The notes under the pieces were generated by a model that saw only the letters and a list, made by a program, of their open reading frames with translations, made no database searches and was not told where the DNA came from. The translations under genes and the position numbers were made by a program. Source: Octopus sinensis (lineage: Eukaryota). Taken from it: a stretch of DNA of 64,000 bases. Location of the stretch: contig NC_043010.1 in NCBI RefSeq assembly GCF_006345805.1, positions 20,708,001-20,772,000 on the forward strand. Direction: 5' to 3'. Shown here in pieces: positions 39,613 through 52,637 of this stretch; within the stretch, counting starts at the first letter, position 1, and each line of letters starts with the position of its first letter.

Positions 39613-39728
39613 GGGCATATAGCGTAGTGGTTAAGAGCGTGGGCTACTAACCCCAAGATTCCGAGTTCGATTCCAAGCAATGATCTGAATAATAATAATA
39701 ATAATAATAATATAATAATAAAAATAAA

Positions 39729-39782
<54 letters not shown>
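39613..39782 (+). mobile_element. tRNA-like head followed by (AAT)n (short SINE or tRNA pseudogene)
   Basis: A box TAGCGTAGTGGTT and B box GAGTTCGATTCC; no paired acceptor stem. Confidence 0.6.
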
Positions 39783-39784
<2 letters not shown>

Positions 39785-40063
39785 CAGGGTAGCTTGGGAA
39801 GTTAAGCAGTTGTAGTCGATGAAAAAAGTAGCAGTAGTACCAATAATTATCGAAGACCCGGGAACAGTGAGCAAAAATCTCGAGAAGTACGTGGAACAAA
39901 TAGGGGCTGCAATAAGGGTGGAGCACTTGCAGAAAACAGCACTGCTCGGAACCGCTCGAATACTCCAGAAGGTGCTCGAAAAATAAGAGGTCTTACCTTA
40001 GTTCACTGGTAGTGAACAGCTGACACCGTAGTACATCTCCAGGGTTAGAAGCTGTGCAAAGGC
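39783..40063 (+). mobile_element. 5'-truncated R4/Dong-clade LINE in (TAA)n
   Basis: VVPIII..GTVSKNLEKYVEQIG..VEHLQKTALLGTARILQKVLEK*; (TAA)n on both sides, the known Dong target. Confidence 0.75.
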
Positions 40064-40081
40064 AATAATAATAATAATAAC

Positions 40082-40125
<44 letters not shown>

Positions 40126-40130
40126 CAACA

Positions 40131-40315
40131 ACATTGAAAAATACCTTAGGAATGAGAGCCCAGGTTCGAAATTTCCCCAAGACACCTGATGAAGGCTGGA
40201 AGGTATATCAGCTGAAACGCTGTGTTAACAACAAACAAGAGGACAAATATCCGTTAAATATAAATAATGTAAATAATGTTGATAATGTACATGTTCCTCA
40301 TCTCTTAAATATAGA
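40131..40315 (+). mobile_element. Short HHR-bearing element after (AAT/AAC)n
   Basis: ACAC-CTGATGA-A-GGCTG(10 nt)CAGCT-GAAA-CG-CT-GTGT at 40182-40225; second, truncated copy at 55270-55390. Confidence 0.7.
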
Positions 40316-40622
40316 GGAGAAATAATGATGTGGTGAGGAAAAGGTAATAATATTGTTTTATCTCGGTAGAATGAGAAACAACTCTAGATAAGTTTCAGTC
40401 TCATTGGAAACTCATTAAGGAAGCATAAACTTCTTCGTAATTGCAAAGTTATCATCCGTGAACCAATGAACCATTAAAGAAATGTACAACATTGTAAACT
40501 GGTGGTTGCTGAAAGAATTGTTCAAGAGAGGAATTAATTGAGAACCACCGTCTGCATGCGAAACAATTGTTAACTTTATTGGTGATGAGTTTAATTCGAG
40601 GAGTATTAAAATCAAGCTAGAG

Positions 40623-40691
<69 letters not shown>

Positions 40692-40694
<3 letters not shown>

Positions 40695-41117
40695 TACTGG
40701 TCCGACTCCAGTTCAGAGATTCTGGTCCGGCTCCAGCCTGTCGATATCCAAAAAGGGACCACCACACACGGCGTAGATGGAGCAAGCAAATTAATGCTGT
40801 GGTCATGGAGTGTTACTACCTCAGCAACCCTGTAGATGAAAATGGTGCTCAAATTAGGGGTTACCGACAACGTATGTGTGGATAGTAGTACCAATAATTG
40901 TCGGAGCCCTGAGAACAGTGATGTAAAAAAATCTCGAGAAGTACATGGAACAAACAGGGGCTGCAATAAGGGCGGAGCACTTGCAGAAAACAGCACTGCT
41001 TGGAACTGTTCGAATACTCCAGAAGGTGCTTGAAAAATAAGAGGTGTTACCTTAGTTCACTGGTAGTGAACAGCTGGCACCGTAGTAGATCTCTAGCGTT
41101 AGAAGCTGTGCAAAGGC
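40692..41117 (+). mobile_element. Internally deleted R4/Dong-clade LINE in (TAA)n
   Basis: N-terminal RRRWSKQINAVVMECYYLSNP..RGYRQRM fused near 40881 to the same C-terminus and 3' UTR as 39830-40063. Confidence 0.7.
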
Positions 41118-43044
41118 AACAACAACAATAATAATAGCCATCATCATCATGAAACGCTTGTCTTCTATGCTGACATGGGATGATCAGTTTGGCGAGATCC
41201 GACTTCTACAGCTGGGAGGACTGCGTCGTTCTCCACTGTCCTATTTGGCGTGGTTTCTACTGCTTGGGTGCGTTTTTTAGTGGCAATGGAATGTAGCACG
41301 CGATTATGTGGTGAAGATTGGAGGTGGGGAAACCAATATTGAGTCAGTGATTAATATTCGATGAACACGGGAATAACTAGACATTACAATCTCGCTCATG
41401 TTGTAACAGAGTGAATTACTTGCAAAAAGGAGAAAAACACATTTGCATAGATCAACGTCGATAAATCTTTAAATCAGGGACGTGTCGCCTGGGTAGGCAA
41501 GGTAGGCAGTGCTTACCTAGAATAAAATAAGATCGATAGCAACGTTGTCCTTTTATGGCAAAATACGCGTCCAATTCAATAAAATTATGATTCCTAAGCA
41601 TAAAATGCAAAATATTTTATTTTTCATAGATTAGGTAGGCATAATTCGTCCCTACTATTCAATCTCAGTATTAAAGCTCAGTATTAAAGCTATGCAAAGT
41701 ACTGCTGTAGTACACGTACTGCGTACACTCTTACAACACCGTTTTCTTTACGTGCTATAAAGTCAAAAGTAAATCTGCCTTCAACTCGGTCGTGCGTCCG
41801 TGTTTCGCACGTGCCTGCTTTAAATATTTCCTTCCTCACAGCTTTACGTCATATCAGAGACTTAAACACCAAATGAAAAACCGATGACGACACTGAAAAG
41901 CAGGTATTATCGATACTGTTTAGACTCCAATCAACTCTAATCGAGGAGTTATTCTGATCGTAACCATACCCCAATCTTACTTTTTGGGCTGTCTATCTAA
42001 AACATTTTTTAATGTATATATCAGCCCTTCCAGTCTAAAGATACTTGGATGTGATATGATGAGAATCGGTTGTTATGTCGAGTAAGTTTAGTGTTTACAT
42101 CAGGTGTGGGTAACCCTTTATGTGAAGTGAGCCACAGAAGACATTGTTTATCATCAGATCAAACAGGTCGCACCACCAAAAAATTAAAGGTAGGTTTTCA
42201 GAAGGTTTCACAGGTCGCAGTTTGGCAATGACTGGTCTCAATAGAGGCCGCAGCTAGTAGCACTGAAGAAATGGTATTATATAGCATCCAATAAAGGGAT
42301 GGCGAGCTGACAGAATCGGTAGAGTGTTGGACAAAATGCCTCCTACGTATGATAAGAATTTTGCCTTTTATCTTCCAGGTCGACAAAAAAAAAAAGGCAC
42401 CAGTAAAGGGTCGACGGTTTCTACCGATCCCTCTCTCTTCAAATTGGTAGCTTTGTGCTTCAATTTGAACCCATTATTATCGGAATTGCATTTGGTGACA
42501 TCGAAGAGCTGTTGTTACTGCGCTGGTTAAAAAACTAAACTAACACTCCGTCGGTTACGACGACGAATGTTCGAGTTAATCCGATCAAGTGGTTGAGTAT
42601 TCCATAGACACGTGCACGTCTGACGTAATTCTCAGGGAGATTCAACATGACAGAGTGTGACAAGCCAAGTCCCTTTTGTATCACAGGTACGGCTCATATT
42701 TGCCAGCTGAGTGGACTGAAGCAACAGGAAATAAAGTGTCTTGCTCAAGGACACAACGAGATGCCGGGGAACGAGCTCAGAACCTTACGATCTTGAGACG
42801 AATGCCCTAACTACTAAGCCGCGTGTTCTCGCTTGTTTCTTTAAAGAAAACTAATGCAACGTTAATTATGGATTCCAAACAAGTAAAAACGAACAAACAA
42901 ACCATTACGATTCCCCATTCTTACATTTACCTCATCAGTGAAAAGTTCAAAGTAAATTAAACAGAACAGAACAAATCTACTTACTGCAAATTTGTATAAA
43001 AGAGAACGTTTATTTAATCCCGTTTAGTATGGGAATATCAAAAT

Positions 43045-43422
43045 AGGTCGGCGAGCGGGCGAAATGCTGAGCGGTATTTCGTCTGCCGTTACGTTGTGAG
43101 TTCAAATTCCGCCGAGGTCGACTTTGCATTTCATCCTTCGGGGTCGATTAAATAAGTACCAGTTACGCACTGGGGTCGACTTAATCCGTTTGTCCGTCCT
43201 TGTTTGTCCTCTCTGTGTTTGGCCCCTTGTGGGTAGTAAAGAAATAAGTATTTTGTCCGTCTTTATGTTCCGACTTGAAATTTTGTGGAGGTTGACTTCG
43301 CCTTTCATCTTTTCGTGGTCGATAAAATAAGTTCCAATTGAGTACCGGGATGGGGGTCAATGTCATCGACTTAATCTCCACCCCCACCCCGAAATTGCTG
43401 GCCTTGTGCCAACATTTGAAAC
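43045..43422 (+). mobile_element. Dimeric Meta-like SINE
   Basis: Young tail GAAATA joined to AGTATTTTGTCCG (43247) of an older copy. Confidence 0.8.
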
Positions 43423-44056
43423 TATTATTTTAAAATCTAAATATTACTGAGTCACTGATACTTATTTTATAGCAATTAACGTGTACACACACACACGTAC
43501 ACACACACATGTATATGCACACGCACGCACAAAAGTACACACATGCACATGCACACGCACACACACACACATACACACATACACGCACACATGCACACAT
43601 GCACAGACGCACGCACGCACATACGCGCGCACACGCACATACGCACGTACACTGACGCACACACAGACGCACACGCATACACCTCCCCCCACACAGAGAA
43701 TATGTATAATTATGTATGTATACATACACATAAGTTGGTCTCTTGGCAGATTCGTTAGATAGAATTTCTTTGAGGTTTCAGCTTTCTGCGGCCTGAGTTC
43801 AATTCCCGTCCAGGTCAACTTAGGCTTTCATCCTTTCGGGGACGGTAAAGCAACTGTCCAATATTGAAGATTGATTATTTCCTTTCTCTCTTTCTTTCTT
43901 TCTTTCTCCCTGTCTCACTCACTCTCGCTCTAGAAGATATTTACGGTTGTCAGACTTAGAGAGGGATGGGCTCCACCAGATCTAAAATTATACACACCAC
44001 ATGCCTTATGTCACAATGGCACTCCTGTGAATCATCAAGACGTTAAGCGCAAGTGT

Positions 44057-44099
<43 letters not shown>

Positions 44100-44354
44100 A
44101 ACATATATATGTGTGCGTGTGTGTATGAATATTTATAGTTTATACATGAATACAGGTTTACATATTCGTGATGGTATGTGATGATTTGTTGCCACAAATG
44201 ATCCGTCCATTTTTTCCTTGTTCTTCTAATTGTTGTTTCTCCTGTCCGCCTTTGTATCGTCTACCTGTCCGAATGTTTAATTGTCCTCTATTGCGTTTTG
44301 CGTTTTTGATACATACATACAGATATATATACATATATATATATATAAATACAT

Positions 44355-44415
<61 letters not shown>

Positions 44416-44852
44416 ATACATACATATATATATATATATATAAATACATATATATATGTATAAAAATATATATAAAAATACAAAATGGGACAAGAACGCA
44501 AAACATTCAAATAGATGATACAAAAAACGGAGGGGTCATTCGAAGCCTCTAATCTTCAGTCAAGAACCGGATCATCTTCGCAATTTCGGCTAATTAATCT
44601 TGAGATTGCTCCGATCTGGCCAGCCCCAAGGAAAAACTAAGCTACGAGCATTAGATTTCTTGGAAAAAGGATCGAATGTATACGAAACTAGGACAGAAAA
44701 ACGGACGATGTTACACGAATATAAATACAAAAAACAAAAAGTAATACGAATATAAATACAAAAAAACAATAATAATAATAATGACAGGACAAAAAGAACA
44801 TTATTACTCATAAGAGCTAATAATATTAGTGGCTGCAAGCATAAAACCGTAC

Positions 44853-44990
44853 AGGCAAAATTAATAGATATATATAAAAATGTATATAAAATCGGGGTGC
44901 TAAGAAGCACCAGCTTAGCTAAAAATAGCTGGTGCTTCTCATTGCCCCGATTTTATATATATTTTATATATATATCTATTAATTTTGCCT
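44853..44990. repeat. Hairpin with ~63-bp arms and 11-nt loop, abutting (CTAC)n(CTAT)n
   Basis: AGGCAAAATTAATAGATA...AGAAGCACCAGCT vs AGCTGGTGCTTCT...TATCTATTAATTTTGCCT. Confidence 0.88.
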
Positions 44991-45028
44991 ACCTACCTAC
45001 CTACCTACCTACCTACCTACCTACCTAC

Positions 45029-45132
<104 letters not shown>

Positions 45133-45365
45133 TTATCTATCTGTGTGTGTGTGTGCGCGTGTCTGTCTCCCTGTCTATGCATCAACATTTTGTAAACAAG
45201 CTTTAGAGGCGTCGAATGTGTTTTGCATTTTACAGACAAGAAAGTAACATTGCTTCCTTGCAGTTTAGCTGTGAAAATAGCATAAGACAAATGGTATTTT
45301 ACCCTGATAAGACGGGAAAAGTTCTGAAGTTTGCTTACAAAATGTTGTTGCATTCCAAAATCTAT

Positions 45366-45660
45366 GAGGCTGTGTGGTAAGAACCTTGCTTACCAACAAC
45401 ATGGTTCAGGGTTCAGTCCCGCTGCGTGACACCTTGTGCAAGTGTCTTCTGCTATATCCTCGGGCCGATAAAAGCCCTGTGAGTGGATTTGGTAGACGGA
45501 AACTGAAAGAAGCCCGCCGTATATATATATATATATATATATACGACGAGGTTCTTTCAGTTTCCGTCTATCAAATCTACTCACAAGGTTTTGGCCGGCC
45601 CGATGTTATAATAGAAGACACTTGCCCAAGGTGCCAAGCAGTGGGACTGAACTCGAAACC

Positions 45661-45663
<3 letters not shown>
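45366..45663. mobile_element. Two SINE heads tail-to-tail sharing one (TA)n
   Basis: 45366-45520 (+) and 45542-45663 (-), diverged from each other. Confidence 0.85.
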
Positions 45664-45752
<89 letters not shown>

Positions 45753-46455
45753 ACAATGGCTGTCCACTGGTGTCCGAGGAAAAGCATCACTAACAATTGC
45801 CCATGCAAAATGCAAGTAATACCCATGCATGAGGTTAGTGCAGCCGCGGTCAGCTTCAGCCACGGTTTCTATATTCGCTATGGCGCCCTACTACTCGACC
45901 GGGCATCAGACAGTTGTCTCGCTTGCGATTGCACAACCTGATAACGTTTGCACAGCTCCTCCCAAACCCCCTGCACTTTATTGACACAACAAAAGAAACA
46001 AAGCTGGGCAAGATATCCAGTACTAATATGGGCCGCAGTCTCAGGAGTGTGGGAGGGCCATGTCTCAAATCTCAAAATGTCCAATGCCATTCGCAGCCCC
46101 CCCCCCATATATATATATACATACACTTGCATATTTATGTGGTGCAATTTAAACTTTAACTTGTACAAAAAATAACCAGGACTTAATAACAAGAAATTCA
46201 TGTGAATTTCCATAAATCTGAAACTAGGTCATGAGGAGGACGCACAATTTGATTCTATAATTTAACATTATGTAACTAATAACCATTTTAATGAAACGAC
46301 TGTAAGAATGTGTAATTAAATATCTTATAAACAAATTACGTCTATGATATTTTTCTGTTACATATATGTGTGTGTGTGTGTGTGTGCATTCATATATATA
46401 TATATATATATATATGCGTTTGTATGTATATATGTGTGTGTGGTGTGTGTGTGCA

Positions 46456-46489
<34 letters not shown>

Positions 46490-46612
46490 TTTGTATGTAT
46501 ATATGTGTGTGTGTGTATTTATGTATGTATACATGTAGCTGGATAGCTCTACCAGTACGAAAGCGTTTTAAATAGAGAGTGAGTGAGTGAGTGAGAGAGA
46601 GAGAAAGAGAGG

Positions 46613-46648
<36 letters not shown>

Positions 46649-46961
46649 GGAGAGAGCGCCTTTAACGATTTCAATTGAATGTCACTCGGATGTCCTCCTT
46701 ATTGAGAGGAGACGAGGGACGTGTTTCCACACAGTGTGGGCGTTGACAAATCAGTGAGTGATTCTCCAGAATGACCTTTAATGCGATGGCTAGAATAAGA
46801 AAATAAAAACAAAAAGCAAAACACAACGATGACGACAAACAGAGAATTATGAACTAGAGAACATTTCCCTTCTAACCGTTCTCTTCACGGATGAGGGAAA
46901 AAATTGGTTTCAGGTCGGCTGAAATTGTGAGTACAATAATATTCTATCGCGAGTGTCAATA

Positions 46962-47346
46962 GAGTAGAACCTCGCAGTACGAATGCACCATTATACGAGT
47001 AATCTGCTGTACGAGCTGAGACTCGTACGAATTTTTGTCTTGAAGTACGAGCAGAAATCCAGAGTACGAGCACACAAATCGTCCCATCTTTAAGGTAATT
47101 CAGTTAATAAAACCCGTTGACATATTTCTTTTGCATTCTCTTTTTTATAATTGTCATTTTACTTGTAACTACACCTTTCCTGTTTTAAAAACCATGAAAA
47201 ATTATTTTTGATTGGTTTTTGAGGGCTGGAACGGATTAATTATATTTTAGTTAATTTCAATGGGGAAAATTGATTTGTAAAACGGGTAAATCGTAAGACG
47301 AGCTCGGTCGTAGAACAAATTAAACTCGTACTGCGAGGTATCACTG
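46962..47346. mobile_element. pogo/Tigger-type MITE
   Basis: TA-GAGTAGAACCTCGCAGTACGA ... TCGTACTGCGAGGTATCACTG-TA. Confidence 0.7.
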
Positions 47347-47678
47347 TATTTAGCTGATATCTGGGAAATATGGTGTGTCGATCTGACCTTTAGATACTGT
47401 CTTAACGTCCCTGAATTACCTGATCTTTAGAATAAAAAAAATACCAAAACTTACAGGTGTACACCGTAAAGCTATCTCTAGACTTCACCTTCAAATTACT
47501 TTGTATTTCTATTTCTTTTTCCGTTTTCTCAATCTGTAAGAAACCTTTTTACACATTTCCAAGAACCTGGTTTTGTATTTCATTGGTGTTCTGTTAATCT
47601 TCCAATTGATTCAAATATTTTTCTTTCGATACTTGATTAAATCAACATTTATTATTCTACACCCCACTCTATTCCACC

Positions 47679-47794
<116 letters not shown>

Positions 47795-48008
47795 GGACGG
47801 ACGCTAGTCAAATGGGCTCCACATAAGTTGACCACTTTTACATGTTTAAAACTCCTTGTTGTCAAATATTTTGTTTTAATCGTTGTGCAAGTTCATTCAC
47901 TAAAAAACCTGAGAATTATTCACGTAGAATTCCGCCCCTGTATGGGCGAAATTACAAAAAATTTTCAAAACTTTCGTGGGTTCCTTTTAGCCATTTTTCA
48001 TTTTGAAA

Positions 48009-49933
48009 ATGGCAACTAGAAACCACGTGGCTAGCCCGTCAGTCATGCGGAACGGTAGCGAAACACTATTACTACCACTAGCTGCTAAACCTCGCAGCTT
48101 GAACACCGCTGTCACCACCACCACCAACAACAGCAACAAAACTAACGTTGCAAGACCATTCACCATCGCCGCGACCAAAGACATTAACTTAGATTTTTCC
48201 CCACTCCCTACACCACTTGTCGATGAAAAAAGGACGGAGAAAGGGATTTCAAAAACGAATACAGACGCAAACATGAATGCCAGCACCACCACCATCACTA
48301 CCAACAACAACAACAACAACAACAACGAGATCAGCACAAAGCCGCCTACCGAAGACAACACCGCCAACACCAACACCACTACCACGACTTCAACTGCTAC
48401 AACTAACTCCTCTGCTGCTAACACCGCCAAAATTAAAACGAATTTCGCTGATGCGGCAAAACAAAAACGAACAATCGTAAAATTCACCACACAGGAAATA
48501 AACCTCACAAAAGCACTCTTCACCAAAGGAGGAGATAAATTGCATCTTCACATTCCACAACACACCGTGGAAAACACACACACAAAAAAACAATAATCTA
48601 CAAAGTCATCAACAAGAAAACAAGACGACCAGAAAATGCACCGCAGGAAAAAATTGAAAAATGCCTTCGTCTTGCATGGGACTCAAAGGAGTATATCAGT
48701 TGGGGAAATAAATTTGGCACAGTCCAAGTACGTTTCCTCAACGAAAATCTAGCAAAACGGTTTTCCACATTGGAGCTGCATTCAGACGACTTGGTAATGA
48801 TACCAATCTATTTAGGCCAGAGGTAACGAAAGTCTAAATAAAAAATTTACCACCTGAAGTCGAAATACAATGGTTAGTCTCTGCCATCTGCTTTGAAATG
48901 GCAGAGACAAACATTCTTGAAATCGCTGTTCTAGGACAGAAAAACTGGGTGCGAAAAATCAATCCAATTCCTCCATCAATTGGATGAAACAACAAGAGAA
49001 AAGATACCCACCACTATAGAACTGCCAGAAGGCTACAAACTCTATATAGTGGCAGAGGGCAGGCGACCACGTTGCTATTTGTGTGGAAGCGAAACACACT
49101 TGAAAAAGAAGTGCCCAACCACTGCACATCAAGAGCAACAGCAACCACTACCACAACCAAAACACCCCGAGAAAAAAAGCTCTACTACCCACACCACCAT
49201 CAACACAGAAGACGACAAAAGAAGCACACCAAGCTAATCCAGCAACAACCCAAAATTACTCAACACCTGAGAAAATACCAACACCACCAATAACAGCAAG
49301 AACCAAAGGAACAGAAAAACAAAGAAAATATACAAAAACTGATTCCCCATCCCTTATACCGCACTCACCACACACAAACACTCAACAACCAACAGCAACG
49401 AAAACAACAACACAACCACTTACACAGACATACATAGAAGCCTACAACATACCCCTACCCCCTTCTGATTCCTCAGAAAATTCGTCGGAAGACGAAACCA
49501 GTGAGGAATGGCAAATAGCTAGAAAAGGAAGGAAAATAAAGAGCAGAAACACAACCAAACCAAATGCAAACACGAACAAAGCAGGGGGAAATACATCTAC
49601 CAAAGACATTTCAAAACCCAACACAAACAACAGCCACACCAACACCACAAAAATATATACATCAAACATGCTCACAGCTATAGACACCAAAAACACAAAT
49701 TTGATGGAATACATCAAATCAAAACCAAACATAACAGAAGATGACATAAAAACAAACAATCACCCATACACAACATCAAAATATTACGTATCTCCAGAAG
49801 TCTGCACCACACACTAAAAGGCATTTTCCCCAGTGCGTTTGGTAAATGCCAAAAATACCTCACAAAGAAACTTTACTGGGATCTCCTCGAGGACAAACCA
49901 AAGGAGGAGAAAGTAAAAACTTTCGAGCAGTAA
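48009..49933 (+). pseudogene. LINE ORF1 (Thr/Asn-rich, CCHC zinc knuckle), disrupted
   Basis: VAEGRRPRCYLCGSETHLKKKC knuckle (~49050-49113); several stops and frameshifts. Confidence 0.8.
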
Positions 49934-49977
49934 GTAACCCTCTGTTCCTTTCACTTGTATTCTAATTCATTAGGATT

Positions 49978-52080
49978 ATGATCAAGATTGGTTGTGTAAA
50001 TGCGCGTGACTTGGGGTCCCCTTGGAAACAAGGGTACCTCTTAAATGACATAAAGTCACACAAGTTAGAAATCATAGCCATAAGTGAGACCAGACTCCAC
50101 AATCCGCGGGCCCTAAAGACCATGTTTGGCGGACAGTTCAACATTTATTTTCCCCCCTGTCTGCCAAGAATGGGCGGTAGTGACACCGCGGTACTTTTTC
50201 GCAAGAGTCTGGATCTCAAAGTAAAGACAATATTCGTAGACCCGGAGGTTAGACTGGTCGTCCTGGATGTCGACGGCAGCAATGGGTGCGCTTTTCGATT
50301 CGTATCAGTCTACGCACCGCTAACGGGTCGAGCGTATTTCTTTCAACGTCTAGAAGTATTCTTGGGAACGTCTCGTCCTTTACTCTTAGTGGGGGATTGG
50401 AATACTACCTTGGACACGCATGTAGACTACGTGGGCAGATAGGAATAGACAGGGATGCACATGCCTCAGAGACCTGCTCAGACGCTTTCAACTGTCTGAC
50501 AGGTTCCGACTAGACCACCCGAATGCGCCAACGTGGACATAGAGCAACCGCATCGGGTCATCGAGATCGTATCTAGATAGGATACTGTGTAGGACAGTAG
50601 ATAGAGATAGCATAGGATGTCCACAATTCCACATAGTCAGCTACATGGATCACAAACTTGTGACATGTACGCTAGACTTAGGTAAGACACATAGGCAGGG
50701 TCCCGGATACTGGAAACTAAACGCGTCTTTCCCATCGAGACAGGTTTTCAGAAACCGGATTAGCACACTAGTAAAGAGGGCTTTGACGGGAGCCATCATC
50801 AACAACAAATGGTGGTTTGCCCTCAAGAGAGCAGTAAAAGCAGAAGCGATTAGGTACAGCAAAGCACTAGCCATAGATAGAAATAGAGTAGAGGGTGAGC
50901 TAGTTAAGAAGCTAGAAGAGGCAATTAGAATTGCTCGAGCCAAGTAAAATGTGTGAGGCCTTTCAACAGCATTTTGCCCGACTGTTCGGGACGAGTGGCG
51001 GGCAAGAACGTAGGGTGGACTTCAGTGCCTACCTACACAGCCTACCACGACCCTCGACAAGAGAGGCAGGGCGCTGCCAAGGTACCATCACGGCGGCGGA
51101 AGTGCAGGACGCGATGGCAGAATGCTCGAGGGACAAATCGCCGGGTCTGGATGGTCTACCCTACGAGCTTTACAGTTGTATGCCAGACTTGTTTGGAGAC
51201 GTCTTGGCAGCGATGTACTGCAACTGGCAGCAAAACGGGAGCATTCCAGGTTTTGTGAGCTGAGGAGCCGTAACACTGCTGAAGAAAGATCTAAACAAAG
51301 GGAATGTAATAGATAACTTTAGGCTCATCACTCTGCTTAATGCAGACTTGAAAATTTTGCCCAAGGTGTTAGCCAAGAGGTTGGCGCTTGTCATCGAGAA
51401 ATTGGTCGACAAGGCGCAAACGTGCGCCGTGCCGGGCCGAAGCATCCATGACAACCTCCACCTGATGCGCCACATCATAGACAGGGTAGTTAAGGAACCT
51501 GGCATGGGTGGGGCGCTAATCAATTTGGATCAATCGAAAGCTTTCGATAGGGTAGACCATCGATACTTGGAGAGTGTCCTCAGAGCGGCTGGTTTCGGTC
51601 TCGTCTTCCGCGGCTGAATAGCCGCTTTGTACAGAGGAATCCGTTTGGCAATTCGCGTGAATGGACATCTATCGAGACCTTTCGATATCGCACGTTCGGT
51701 CCGTCAGGGATGCCCCCTCTCGTCGCTTCTATACGTATTGACTCTCGAGCCATTATTGCGGAAGCTGACAACTCTGAGGTGCATCCCGCGAGAACTGGGG
51801 TGCGGGACGAGCGTGTCTGCATACGCGGACGACATCACCGTCATAGTGTCTAGCCACGAGCACATAGAGCAGGTCGGCGAGACACTGAAAAACTACGAAG
51901 CGGTGACAGGAACGAAAATCAACCGGGAAAAATCAGTGGGCTTGCGACTCGGCACCTGGTGAAGCAAGCCCATGCCGTCCACCAGCGCCTCCGTCGTGGG
52001 ACGCTGGACCGACGGTCCGCTCGAGTTGCTCGGGGTCTGGTTTGGTCCGGACCTCCAAATGGAGAAGAACTGGAACGCAG
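49978..52080 (+). pseudogene. LINE ORF2: APE endonuclease + reverse transcriptase, disrupted
   Basis: NARDL, IAISET, SVYAP, GDWN, DHK, GPGYWKLN; KSPGLDGLPYELY, LDQSKAFDRVDH, RQGCPLS, SAYADD. Confidence 0.95.
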
Positions 52081-52094
52081 TAACTTACCAAGTC

Positions 52095-52637
52095 CATAAG
52101 TTACATTTAATCGTCTGGTGGGATTGCATAAGTTACATTTGATCGTCTGGTGGGGTCGCATAAGTTACATTTGATCGTCTGGTGGGATCGCACAAGTTAC
52201 ATTTGATCGTCTGGTAGGATCGCATAAGTTACATTTGATCGTCTGGTGGGGTCGCATAAGTTACATTTGATCGTCTGGTGGGATCGCATAAGTTACATTT
52301 AATCGTCTGGTGGAATCGCATAAGTTACATTTGATCGTCTGGTGGGGTCGCATAAGTTACATTTGATCGTCTGGTGGGATCGCATAAGTTACATTTGATC
52401 GTCTGGTAGGATCGCATAAGTTACATTTAATCGTCTGGTGGAATCGCATAAGTTACATTTGATCGTCTGGTGGGATCGCATAAATTACATTTGATCGTCT
52501 GGTGGGATTGTATAAGTTACATTTGATCGTCTGGTAGGATCGCATAAGTTACATTTGATCGTCTGGTGGGATTGCATAAGTTACATTTGATCGTCTGGTG
52601 GGATTGTATAAGTTACATTTGATCGTCTGGTGGGATC
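52095..52637. repeat. Minisatellite, 17 x 32 bp (CATAAGTTACATTTGATCGTCTGGTGGGATCG)
   Basis: Contiguous units, 543 bp, variation limited to a few positions. Confidence 0.97.

Noticed and set aside
39613-39680. Functional tRNA gene
   Set aside because: A and B boxes are present but there is no paired acceptor stem, and it runs into (AAT)n.
44520-44700. Additional hammerhead on the minus strand (CTGAAGA...CGAA)
   Set aside because: Could not build stem II or a GAAA/UH junction.
45366-45663. Recent fold-back palindrome
   Set aside because: The arms are clearly diverged SINE copies, better explained as independent insertions at one (TA)n.
48003-48596. Mucin-like host gene
   Set aside because: It is the start of LINE ORF1, upstream of a CCHC knuckle and APE-RT; 47987-48526 (-) is its antisense shadow.
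52095-52637. CRISPR array (32-bp periodicity)
   Set aside because: Units are contiguous with no unique spacers, no cas genes, eukaryotic context.
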